Below, piece after piece: positions 1 to 13,800 of a DNA stretch of 64,000 nt; the first letter of the stretch is position 1, and every line of letters starts with the position of its first letter. The DNA comes from Owenia fusiformis (lineage: Eukaryota): positions 38,440,001 to 38,504,000 of the forward strand of contig CAIIXF020000001.1 of the NCBI GenBank assembly GCA_903813345.2, given 5' to 3'. The translations under genes and the position numbers were made by a program. The notes under the pieces are model-generated. The model searched no databases. It was not told where the DNA came from and worked only from the letters and a program-made list of their open reading frames with translations.

Positions 1-2207
1 CGAAAATGCCATTAATCTGCTTATGTTTTAAAACTTAGATTCATTTGCACATAGTTTTTGCTAGTATTTGCAAGATTCGTACATTCGCCACAGAATGAAC
101 GCATTGAACAAGAAAACAATGCAGGATAAATGTATTTTAATTACGTTTCAAAATACAGACTCCAACTTAAATGATGCAATGTTGTTAGGCACGCAGTTTG
201 TGATCGAAACAAACTGCGCGCCTACTTAGGCGCGCAGCTTGACATGGGCACCGTGCTTCTGATACGCTACTTCACAAAACTCAAAACTGGTCTTTGCTAT
301 TGACCCGACGTAGCCTATTGTAAACAGATGTGTAGGTATACAAATATACAACATGCGGGATTGAGACTTAGGCACAATTTGCTCAATATGGAGAAGATTG
401 ATTCAACTGAAATGTCTGTGGTAATCAAAATGAAACCATATTCCACTACCTACTGATCTGCCCTAATTAGTCCGATCAAAGATCAAACATTAGTATAGGA
501 GATATATTAAACGATGTTTGCTCAAACAATCTACATATAAATCTTAACTCACCATGTAATGAAACAATTACACCAAAATAAATGAGAATCAACGATTGTT
601 TGTAGCATTCGCTGTACTGTCCTAGGCTAGCATATTGCATACAATTATAAAACGTACGTATAGATTTAATTTTCAATCTGCGATGTTACCCGTCCCGGAA
701 GATGACTATTACTTAATGGGCGTAGACAGTGGGTGCGATGAGTGCGATCGTACCCCCCCCCCACACACACACGTACAGAAAGAAAAAAACAATTTTGCAA
801 AATTTGTCAAAAAAATATAGTTTGAAATGCTAAGAAGGTAACATATACAATGTAAATTCTTAAAAGGTTTTAGGGGTGAACCCCCTTTTGAGACTCGCTT
901 CGCCTGCAGTGATGCAAACCTAGAAAATCATCCCCTCCCTTGACATTGCTTATTTACATATTTGTAATTGTTGTACACGATTCTAGTCAATACATGTAAT
1001 TGAAAAGAATTGGTGTGCCACTTGTATGCAAATCTAAAAAAAAATTATAAAAGCATAAAAAGGATATGAGTCGGAATCCTCATGAAAGAAAATCTTTAGT
1101 ATACCTTAATATCGAGCCAAAATGACATTTGTTGCGGAAGGATGCATGGTATGCATAACTGCATGTTCTGTGCAAACTTTGGAAATCATTGCCATTTGTT
1201 GCCAAAACACGAAGATTTTCTGTAAAATCTATACAATTTAGAAATATTGGATTGGGGTTAGTTGTGGCATCAAAGTTTAACTCTGATACATATTTTGTTT
1301 ATTCAAGAATTTTAATATTTCAATGAAGGAAATGAAAATTTAAAATCAGTAGTTTTTGAAAGCAAATGGGATATTAATTATCATCAATTTTATCATCTTG
1401 ATTGAAGAAATAAACAGAATCGTGAGGGGCGTAAGATATTATGCCATTTTTCTTGCACTTTCTCATAATTCTCTTTTGTCTTCCCCTTTACATTGTATAT
1501 CACACATAACAAACCTGACAATAATAGTAAACCAAGTTTGAAATTTGTGTTAATATACGAGTCTGAAGCCAAATATAGCGACGGTAAGAAGGCGCTAACC
1601 TAATTGTCGACGTATACTGATTGGATTTTGAAACTAGTTACCAGAATATTTGCAAGACAATAGGTTTAATGCACCTGGGTCCATGAATGATGTAAATAGC
1701 CCATTATTGCATAATACATAAATATCATTCGTATTGTAGGAATCAGTGAACATTATCATTAGGAATTTATAAATGAGTCAATGTTTAAGTTGTTTATCAC
1801 AATACCAGTAGAACTGGTGACGTAATTACTAACGTATATGAATATTAGCCCAAGATTATATACAGGCGAATTGTTTAGTAGTACATGTTCAATAACAATA
1901 CTACTTGCTTTGCAGTTCTTACAATTCTAATTTTACAATTATCTTAATAAAATATGAATGAATTAATTAATATATAAATTAATATATCTGATCAAAAAGA
2001 TATGTATGTATGCACAACTTTGAAAGTGTGTCAAAACAGAACAAAAAATAAATACAACAAGTCACAAGGAAAGCAAACCCCAAATATCCAGAACTATAAT
2101 TTAACGTGTAAAGAAATAATGTCTAACACCATTCCCCTATTAATTCCAATACCATTCATCACCATTAGTCATCACAATCACATTACATTCATGAACCATA
2201 CTCATAC

Positions 2208-2674
2208 CATAACAATACATGTTGGAGAATAAATTTAAAATGAAAACCAATACTTTCAATATCAAAAATAGTTGCAGTCTAGTATTCATGCAAGATACAG
2301 TACTGAGGCCCGAATGATGTGGGACAAACATAATCCATTGTCTTTTTCACCGTCAAACTTTGCAAAAATCTCATAATATAACATTACATGTTGGAGAATA
2401 TATTTAAAATGAAACCCAATGCATTCGATATCGAGAATAGTTGCAGTCTAGTATTCATACAAGATAGAAGAGTATTGAGGGTCAAATGATGTGGGACAAA
2501 CATAATCCATTGTCTTTTTCACCGTCGAACTTTCCAAAAATCTCATAATATAACATTACATGCTGGAGAATATATTTAAAATGAAAACCAATACATTCGA
2601 TATCAAGAATAGTTGCAGTCTAGTATTCATACAAGATAGAAGAGTATTGAGGGTCAAATGATGTGGGACAAACA
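2208..2674. repeat. ~170-bp tandem repeat, ~2.8 copies
   Basis: GTTGCAGTCTAGTATTCA at 2271, 2440, 2612. Confidence 0.92.
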
Positions 2675-3132
2675 TGGTATTTTGACTATCAAAGTTTGCA
2701 AAAATCAAGCTATTACAAGCCAAATATCATGCCTGTTAAACCATGGAAAATGTCAGTCTCAGCAATGTATCCTTGATTGTATAATGCTTTTCTTTGCGAG
2801 GGTGGGGAATTGTTTAAACTATGTCGTTGGCATAGTTCATGAATCATACGAGGGGTGACTCAGAAGTAATGGACAGAATGATATAGGCTCACTAAACGTT
2901 ACTGCATTTAAAAGTGTTTCAGCTGATTATACGTAAGCATTGTAACTAAGGTATGCATGGATGGAATCCATTTTTGTATGGTATTTTGATTTTTTGTCAT
3001 TCTAGTTAGTTTTCATATTAATGACTTAACACACATTTTATGTCTGTAAATGCACAATGATCCGGGAGATGCACCATATCTTAAAATGTATTTCTATTTA
3101 TGTTATACAGCTTTAACAACTTATTTGCATCG

Positions 3133-3527
3133 GATCGGATTATCTCTTAAGCTGTCATTAATCCACTCATCATCACATATTTTCCACAATTATAACAAAA
3201 TAACATGATGAAAAATGGATAATCTCTGTCTTATCTTGTTATTCTTTCCTTTAGGGGATCAATTATGTAATATCTCCCAGTCTTTTTGTATATTAACCAT
3301 ATCAAAAATGTTGCTTTTGGGCCAGATATTTTACGTCAACTTTTCATTGTTTTCCTGATTATCCTTATCCCAAGAGACTCACTTTCCCGTTTCAGGGGGA
3401 AATCATGACTTATAGCACATTTCAATTTAGGAATAAAATGCTGCATTTTTTGGTGAAGATTGGCTCATAATTGGGGAAAATTGGTGATGATGGGTGGATT
3501 GATGACAGCTTAAGAGATAATCCGATC
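3133..3527. mobile_element. Foldback MITE
   Basis: GATCGGATTATCTCTTAAGCTGTCAT...ATGACAGCTTAAGAGATAATCCGATC. Confidence 0.78.
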
Positions 3528-4609
3528 GACTTTATTTTCATTCTGTTGCCCCTTTTTGAAGATAACATATTGGCCAAACAAACGCATTTGCTTTTGTGGT
3601 CAAATAATTATGAGAACTTAAGTAAGATCGAGCTGTCTAAAAAAGCTTGCAATAACTTTTTCGAAGGACAACGACAGCGAGATAATTTTTAAAACGAGAA
3701 GGGAAGGGGTTGTGTTTAAATGCAGGAAAATAAATTTGAAACAACACCAGAACATCAGTCATCAAGATATGAATGAAAGTTCCGATATTGTACACATGTC
3801 CTTAATGAAAACGTATTTCAATAATATCTAAGAAGGTAATATTGCTTTTGCACGATCAAATGGGCTCTAACAATTTTGCGAAGTATGGCTAAAAGCTTAT
3901 AAATATTTGCATACTTCAAAATGATTGCTCTTATTATTTCAGTAGTATATACGAGATAAATATGAATATCCCATCAACATGATTTTAAATTGCAATCAGC
4001 AGTTCTATTTATGTATAGAATATCATTCTGATACTCATAGCATCTTTCTGTTTCACCTGAAACATGCTCTGATATTATGAGGCATATTCTGTGATCTGAG
4101 TACATCAGATGGGAAGAGTTGTAACTGTCAATAAGTGTGATAGTTATCATGTAATCATATACCTTAATGTCAATACATTATATCATAGGCATAGTATATA
4201 ACAGTAGATATTAGAACAGGCACAGGTACACAAGTTTATGACCCCAATTAAATGAAATATGAGCTGGGATGAAAGTTCTCAAAAATCCCCAATTCTGGGC
4301 TCTCTTGGATCGCCAAATCAAGCTCATTATATCATGGCATCTCAGGGCTGAGAAGAAATGAGATGTCCTGGTTTATCATGATGATAGAATATGCGTATAT
4401 ATATTATACGATAAACTTATCAATATTTTTCCAATATTTATTGCATAAATTAATAATTAATAATTATGTATTATTAATATTCATGTCTTTTACCAACAGG
4501 AACAGTCGTATTTTATATGAACTAGTATTGTATGTGGGGAGATGACGATAATCATAATCAAAATGTGTAAAATGTGCATATGCTCATACTAAAACTTTGA
4601 AATGATGCC

Positions 4610-4857
4610 TTAAGGACTGGGGAGCTCTAATTCGCATACGTATCCAGTTTTCTCCCCACAGTCATAATTTCCCCATGTATAGTTATAAACGGATATCTGG
4701 AGAATCCATACACAAGTGTCCACATAAGGTGTTTTCTTGAATCCCCAATTGGGACTATTGAATGGTATGACATCGCCTGTTGTGGTCCATGCGAATTCGT
4801 TGATACCGCTACTGAAATTAGCTGACGTCCACCATCCTTGCCACCCCTGAAGGAGCT
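4610..4857 (-). CDS. Gene 1 exon 17, C-type lectin-like domain C-half and stop
   Basis: [20 protein letters not shown]...NWG...TCVWI...[28 protein letters not shown] downstream at 4437-4442 (minus). Confidence 0.85.
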
Positions 4858-7800
4858 CTGGAATGACATTTATAGTTTGTTTTCATACAAGGATAACAAA
4901 AATACCAATACGCAAAGTAAACTTGAAATAAAAAATAAAAATAAATTATTCATTATCCTCAACAAGGTAATTCAATACACGATATTTTGGACTACCAGTA
5001 CTTGGTTTACTACGACCATACCTGCACTTCAATAAGAAAGTCGTAAGAAACTGATTTGTGAGGTGCGTAGATCCACGATAGAGGTCTATGATTAACAACA
5101 AAGCATATAGATAAATCAATTTGAAATAATATAATATGCATTCATTCAATTAAAATATATTGATTCTAACTAACTGCATCCATTTACTCAGATGCCTTAT
5201 TTCATTTTTTCTTAAATCGTGCATGCCTTCTGATTAGCAAGGATGCTAATGTTTGTCCCCAAATATCAATTTCCTTCTAAGTACATAGCAATCTCTAACT
5301 TGGCCATGACATATTAATACAATAGTATATAATTCTACAGCATTAAATCATTTTCAGATAATTCAGAGAAAAGGGTAGAGTTTAAACCACTTTGGCCATT
5401 GTTGTCTTACCCCATGGCATCAAAATGTAATTCACTGAGTCTTAAATTTTGTTCGAAAAAATGTGGATTTATCTAAGATAAAATTTAAGTTGTCAAGCGC
5501 ATCTATTTATAAGCAATGCTACACCACTGCCTATTGTACATCTTCATTAATCTTGTGAAGGAGTTGCTCTCCAAAATGTTATAAGTTATAAGTGTAAGTA
5601 CATGTATATTGAAATTTGGAGTTTCGCAAAAAAGATGTACTCATAGAAATGTGCGTATATAAATGTATATCTTATTGATCAATTCTTATGTTTCTTTCAC
5701 CAAGAATGAATTATTTTTCTCCTCCAAAAGGTAGATTACACATGGAGGAAATCTGGTAATTAAGATAGGGTGCTTTCATCCTTCAAATCACAACAAAATA
5801 TTCGGCAAGTATGTAGTTCGTGAGTTTCGGTGTATTTCAAAATATAATTACAACTATGAAATTAATTCTGCCATGGCTGTGATATTCACAAATCAATTCC
5901 CTCGATTAGGAAACGAGGAAAAAACTAATGGAATGTACTTTCCTGGTTTCTTTGAGAAACCTACCTCCCAGTGGTGTTTACGTCATTCAAAAGTTTAAGT
6001 TGCTAGTTTGGCTGATATAAGATTATTCCCCTCTTCTTGGGGTCTGTGGCCTACCTGTAAGTCACTGGCCAACTTTTGGGGGTTGAGGAGCACTTCTATA
6101 GTACAATGTAAGTTCATTAGCTTATTTTGTGAGTTTATAGAAAATCAACCATCTTCAATATTTTATATCAGACCTTGTGTCAACTTGGACAATTAGGGTT
6201 TAACGTTGAACATTCTTGATAGCTATACACATCTGTACCTCTAAATTCTTGCATCATTTGTCATCATATTGGAATCCTTGATTAATATCCGACATAACAT
6301 AAACTAGCACTGTCACGTTGATTAACATGTTTACCAAAAATCCGGTCCTATTATAATTAAAAGTTCTGCCTACATGTACGTGTAGTTCTGCATACCAGGT
6401 AGGTTGTCTTATTTGGAATTTTTGGACAGCAATTCCGAGCTTCTGGAACGTTGTTGAGTCAAATGTAAATGAAAAAAAAGAGTTACGTTGCATTGACGAA
6501 AAGTGTACTTATAAAATCCCCGGGAGAAAATCGGAAAAGCTTACTCCTTTAAAAATAAACCGAATAATATGACATCGATCTTATGAAATGGTCCCTTATT
6601 TAAATTGTATTAATAGGACCGGCACGACAGCAAGTAATATCTATGGAATCAATTTCCAATTATTAATTTACATCATTAGCAAGACGATGCGATTGTTTGA
6701 TGAATGTAATTATGAACCACCACAGGCGTAGTCAGAACCTTGAAATAGCCGAGACAAAATGTAGATCAGGGAGATTCTAAAATTGGAATTCATCTTTGCA
6801 CTTTCATTTTCTGAAATGTGTTTTAGTGAATCGTTTTCTTGAATTTTTTGGTTGGGCCGTTGGCCCCTGGTCACGTTACCCAATTTCAAGTTTGTAAAAT
6901 TTTGGACAGATCTGCGTTTGATTATTGAAAAAAAATGTAAATAAGACACAACATATTATAACATTAAATAATTAAATAACTACGTAGGAGGGAAATGTGG
7001 TTGATTATGAAAGTCGATTTTGACATAACAAGATATAATATGTATGCTATTACTCTCACATATTATTGTCTTAATGAAAGGTTTAAGTATCAATTAAAAA
7101 GTCCAGGTATATGATACCTCTTCATAATGCCCAATTAAAATGTTTTAAATTATATCCAATACTCTATCCTATTACAATACATACGACGTACACAATACAC
7201 ATTAACTGTACACAATACAAAGGGACATGTTATATCTCCGTTATTCCTTGGCTTCTTTTATCAAGAATAACCCATTTTAACTTAAAATTATGAAATTATT
7301 TATTCCCTTTTGTCTCTTGAATCGCGACAAAGCCTCTTTATCAACAAAATCAAAATGGCAATACTCACGTGGTTCCATTGCGAGAATTGATCCCAGATAG
7401 TTCTTCTCTGCATTTGTTTCGATTGTCACAAGATGGCTTCCTGGGAAGAGTGCCTCGCACGCATCTGCAGCGTCGGGTTGAGTCTTGACATCATTTGTGT
7501 CGGAGAAGACTTGATAACATGATTCCAGGCCCCTTGCTCGTTTAAAATCCCCTGGACATACAGCTGGAAGTCGGAAGACATATTTACAAACAACAGTAGT
7601 AAAATTACTACACTAAATGTTCTATGGAATGGTTCTTGTCAAATAATAAATAATAAAAAACGTTAGACAGACCAGACGTAATATTCTCACATTGCACTGT
7701 TCAATCAGCACTTCCCAATTTTAAATTTCGATTTTTCTCTTCTACCTTTTCAACAGCCCAATATGTGTAATAATCCCGTTTTCAATGAAAGAATTGCACA

Positions 7801-10800
7801 CTTGAAGACACTGGTGATCCACTCGATTACGCTCGCCTGGTTACCGAAACAATTCGTTTCGGTAACAAAATGTCGGAACATCGGAGGTACGATTTTCCTT
7901 TTTTCCTGATTTCAGACGTTGTAGGCAGAATTCCCACGACATTTTTATCACAAACGTATATCAGTATCATATGTTTAAGAAAATCTACATATTTGTGAAC
8001 ACATAGTTCATAAGACAACAGAATCGTCGATTTGATTCCTCACATAATATAAGTTTCATATACGGTTTTTCAAAAACAGTTAAGATCTGCACTTTTAACC
8101 CATACCGTTTGTGTAACTTAAGTGAGGAATTAAATCGACGATTCTGTTATCTTCTGAGCTATTTTTCAGCACTTCTAAAACTAAAGATACTGATACACGT
8201 TTGTGAGAATAAATGTCGTTGGGATTCTACCCGTGAAATAAGGAAAAAAGAAAAATCGTACCTTCGACGTTCAAACATTTTGTTACCGAAACGAGCGTGA
8301 TCGAGCGGATCACCAGTGTAAAGAGTAAATTCGTTTGGGCTGGTAACTTTAAATTGACTCGGAGTTGTCTACGGCGTATTCCTCACCTATACAATCTCGC
8401 CTGTTCCCATCGAGTACAAACAATTCATTTCTACACCCGCAGACAAACGAACCAGCCGTGTTGGAACATGTCTGCGAACAACCACCATTATTGGAACGAC
8501 ATTCATCGATATCTGGCAGAAAAAGAATAAAATGTAGAAACTGCAATTCCTACTGGGGCAATGCTGCTAAATGGAATTCACAATATATATCAATCATGCA
8601 GTATATATAAACTGAAACTGATATTTTGAAAGCCCAAATAAAAAACAAGGTGGTTGGTATTCGGAAATCGAATATACCTTTTGTGTCGCATCACAAATTG
8701 CATTTGCACAAATTACAATTTTACATTTCTACTCATGTGGAATGCAAAATACGATTCGTGATTCATTTGATTCATAAGTTTGTTACGACTTTGCCATTCA
8801 TAACCATTGCAACATGTCTGGACACGGAATGGTTCTATTTGATCGAAATCATTGAAACGACAGTAAAACTTTGTTACTCACTAACACAAATCAAAGACAC
8901 ATATATACTCTTTTTCTAGATGTTAAATGGAGCTGGGCTTGTGAAAACACACATTGGTAAACAATGGTATTGAAAATGGGGGGTTTTAAGGCTTAAGAAC
9001 GTCTGTGAAGCTCCAAGTGATTTTGGCTGCCCAAGTATTCTGACTCTTGCCGAAGTATTCTTACTTGATCCAAATGTTCTGGGTTTACCCATTTTATCAA
9101 ATACACTCGATACGTTGATTTTCAATTTTATTGTTTCTTCCAGAGATGACTTTTGGAATTAAGTTAATTAAACCACTTATGATGATACATTATGAGGCAG
9201 CCACATACGCTTAATTAATTAATTGTAGAGTATATCAACACATTTAAGTTAGCTCTCAATATTAGGAATATGCCACATTTTTGAGATACGGGCTTCAATT
9301 TTGAAAAATATGTCCATATTTTCAAAAATTGGATCCAAACTTTCAAAAATACTCAATATTTCTGGGGCCAACGTTTTTACCAGCAAAATTATTCTTCGCA
9401 CCCTCTCTCTTGTGAATTTTCAGACCTGGTTTAAATAAGTGAACTCGGAATACTTGGGTTGTCAGAAGAGTTTGGGCAAGAATCAGAACACTTGGATAGC
9501 CCAGAACATTTGGGCGTCCACAAATGTCATTTTAAGCTGTCAGACTTACCATCGCATGAAGTGCCATCGAAATTTAGATTGTATCCAGAGCGACAGTCAC
9601 ACATATAACCTCCTGCAGTATTAACACACGTCTGGCTGCATCCACCATTGATAACGTTACACTCGTTAACATCTGCATTTTAGATAAATTCGATTGGTAA
9701 GTGTAACTGTTGTAATTCAGTATCTAAATTGTCAGCGCATCATTGATTATCTTATCATCGGGAGAAGACGAACAAATCTTACTATTCATTCAATTTAATT
9801 GAATATTCCATGTGTAAATGGTCTTTCGGGAGAACAATAAACATGATAACTTTGAAATAAGCATTGACTTGCTTCCCTTATTAAGATACGTACATGTATG
9901 TCTCAGAATTATCTTGAAAAAATCTTTTGAATACGATTATTTAATTATCTCGATCATTTCAAAGTAAGCAAAAATGGCCAATGAGATGAAGAGGTCTCAA
10001 TATGTCATCCTTGATCAAGTGTTGCATTGAGGATAATTTTTCAGGAAAAATTCCCATAAAATCATAATTTTTGAGAGAACCCATACTTCCATAATGATGA
10101 TGAAATCAAAGGAATGGTATCGATATGGTGAACTTTTTGAACACGCGTTTCTCTTAAACCAGTCATCAATACATTCTGAAAATTTTACACATCGTCAATT
10201 TAATGGTCATCTATTGGATGGTAACATTATAATTTGAAATATATATATTCTTTTCTCTATACTGTTTTAGAAAACTCATCGGACACTTCTTTTGTTCTTG
10301 GTATCATATGTTCGGAATGAAATGAAACATCTATCCGAACCTCATTGGAACAAAACGACATAAACAACGTGTAAGGATAGTTTGGTTGATTTAAAAAAAA
10401 AGTATCTTGTTAATGAAATATTAAAGGTTTATCTTAATTTTTATCTATTTCGGGGGGTTTTGTTTTAGGTTTTTGCATACTTTTTGTTAAATCAACCAAA
10501 ATTTCCTTTGTATAACTATAATATTGAGAGGTCTAAGAAAATGTTGTATAAGCTATTTGTTCCAACAAGGTTCGGAAAGACATTTTATTTCATTCTCAAG
10601 AATTGGTAGAAAGGAACGAAAAACAATTGCACTAAAAAACAAATGTTAACAAAAACAGTTATAAAAAAATATATAAAAATAATTTTTGCATTACAGTGTT
10701 TCCAATCAGTCGACATAACATAAAGGACCGTGTTTTTAACAAATGTTTTCAATAATTGGTTTAAAAGAAAAAAAATGTTTAATTCAGTTCACCATATCGA

Positions 10801-13800
10801 TACCCATCCTTTGTATCATAAAATCAAGGCGCAAGCATAGTTTTGAGGTATTGCTTTAGATTGTAATGTACAAATTATTAAAGTACAAAATAATTTATTT
10901 CTTGGAATATATACAGGAAGTATTTTTGAAATTCCAAGACATTGCTTTTGTACGAATAATGGGAATATCTACTCCCTTCTATTGAATCTCATGATGTGTA
11001 TGAAAAAGCAGAAATATTTAAAGTAAATTACCATCGCAAGATTTCCCATCCACATTTAGTTGGTATCCAGTATTACAAGCGCATGAGTATGAACCAAGTG
11101 TGTTGATGCACGTAACACGACATCCACCGTTGTTTCTGTCACATTCGTTCACATCTAAAAATGCAGAAAAAACATAAAACTTAACGTGTTATATCGGTCC
11201 GAAAGTTCATCAGAGCTTATACAGATATTAAAAATTAATAAAAGAAATAGATTGAAAAATATTTCAAAAATGCCTAGTTTAATTAACCCTGACTTTATGG
11301 ATGTGCTTTTCTTATAGCAACAAGTTATTTATACACCATTTCAATGGCAAATCGACACTCTCTAAAGCATAATAATTAATCCTTTATCATGTTTAATAAT
11401 TGGAAAAATATTCAACTTGTAAGTGTATTTATTTTACTAAAAGCTAAAGTTCCTGAGGGTGTTGAGACCATAAAGACAATAATACTAAATAAGACTTTCC
11501 ATTAATGCGTCCACCATTCAAATCATTTGCAAAGGAATGGGTCATTTCACTTTGTTATTAATTTTCTATTATTAGGCTTATCACTGATATATTTCTGGAT
11601 GAATTTCATAACAATAAACATCATTTCTTTAAGAAGCTATGATTTAAGTTATTCACAGTTAGGCCTATCGGACTTAACCTTTTGGTTACAGACCCATCCT
11701 TATGTTTAGTATAGAAGACTCAGGCCCGTAGCCAGAGGGGGAGCTGGGGGAGCGGAAGCTAATCCCCCCTGGCCAGAAATTCTTTCAAAATCATGCAGTT
11801 TTGTGAAAAAATTGTGAAAAAGCTCCCCCCCCCCTGGAAAAAAGCTCACCCTCCTGGTAAAAGTTGGCTACGGGCAAAAGACTATCTTAGACTGAGTGTA
11901 TAAACTGACTTCATTTTCAGCTTTTCAAATTCTATGTTTTGCAAAGAAATTGTTCGGAAATAACTGAAGATTGGTTAACTTTGTCATTCCCAATGTCATG
12001 TAAATCTGAAATGATCAGTTCACTGCAGATTTAGGTACAAGAGATGTATTCAAGTTAAAAAATGTTTTCACTCTTAGAATACATCACCAATAGAAAATCT
12101 GATGATATGCAGCAGTAGCGTCGTAAGAAAAATATAAGGCGTTTGATTGCATGTATTTCTGTTAGACATACCATCTGAATATATAAGATACGACGTCAGA
12201 TACTGTACATCACGGCGTAACATTGTAATTGTTCATTTTACCGACAAAATGCAAAGATTTACGCGATAAATATGCGCAATGCTCCTCCAAGTAATTGCAA
12301 ACGTTTTAATATTCGTGGAATCTTCTTAAAAACTTCAAGTTTTGTTCAGATTAATGTGCGCTTCAATACAATTCTATATTCAAAAAGGTTGTGTCACGAT
12401 ATACAGAATTAGAATCACCAGAAAGTAGACATTACCCGTTTTCTTCTTTGTCGCGCTTTTCGGCCCTGCGCTCTCGTTGTCGCACCGTCTTTCTAGACTC
12501 TTTCACAATGCCCCTTGTCATATTCAACTGATAAACACAGACGGGAAGATATTAAGGATTGTTAAATGCATTATTTGTAATTTATTTTGACTCGAATATT
12601 TAGTTTTATTTATTTAAAGCAATGAATAATAAAGGAGAACATATAATACGCTAACGGCGTAACGTCTTATTTTGTAAAGGCTTCACTTGGGGTTGCGGTG
12701 ATAAAACGATGTCTATCTCAATATATACTGGTTCAAATTAAATGAAATTAATTGTATGTAGTAAGGGGTATACTTAAAAGAACATGCTGAAACATTGGAA
12801 AGTTTTGAATGTTTATCCCTTAATTAGAAATATTTGAACTCAAAAAATGAAACGTAATTTTGTGTATTTTTCACATGGCTTCACTTCATATTTCTTTCAA
12901 TTTATACTTCCTACAGACTGAATTTTAATCGAAATGATATAGTTTTTTGATAAAAATATAGAATATGATATGCCTTTTAGGAATCAAAAAAGAATAATTC
13001 ACCTTTCAAACGATTTATTGTTTAATTGATCAAAATAAATATCTTGTTGGTACGAAATTCTGCCTGTCGACACTTTTTTGCATAAATATAAGCGTTAAGT
13101 TAGCATTGTTATATTATGACGTCATCACACAGAATCTGTTTGTCTTTTTCAAAATGGTGAATTTAAATATTGTGAAAATTTGAGAAAGATCCGTTGGGAA
13201 ATGAAAAAGTTATCTTCATTTTTCGTTTAAAATTAAAATCACTTTTCTTCAAAATGTTACAGTCGACACCCGGTTTTAGCATAGAAAGTCGCATAATACG
13301 GCTTGCGTGATTCTCATTTAAAAAGTCCCAAATCAGTTATTTGGAATTCTGATAGGCAAAATATTTCATGGACATACTTGTTCAACTGATGACGAAAAAT
13401 TGTAGAAAAATATGATTTTGCTGTCGAGATATTGCGGTTTTAAAAGTAAGTACGCATTAAAAATGCAGTAAAATGCCGCGATGTACAGTATCTGACGTCG
13501 TATCATAAACGTTCTCATACTTGTACCTCTATAACTTCCAAATAGCTATATATTTTACGTATTTGTCATTGTTTTATGTTTTATAAAACAAAGCAATTAT
13601 TTCTTGTTCGACTCCTGGCGATGATAGGTATAAATTCTTTAAATAAAATGTTGGAAAAATCGTTTAAATAATTCACACAATCTGCTTGACCAATATTTGA
13701 AAAAATAAACAAAATAAAATAAGCACATTTATATAATTACACTAATTAACTACTATGAATTACATTGGAATTATGATTAGGTTTGACACAATGTAAATCC

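Noticed and set aside
4341..4390. ~45-bp match to 58580-58626 in inverted orientation
   Set aside because: Most likely fragments of a dispersed repeat, too short and distant to imply pairing.
7474..7482. QPD galactose-type motif in the lectin domain
   Set aside because: It lies before helix 1 ([10 protein letters not shown]), not in the sugar-binding loop.
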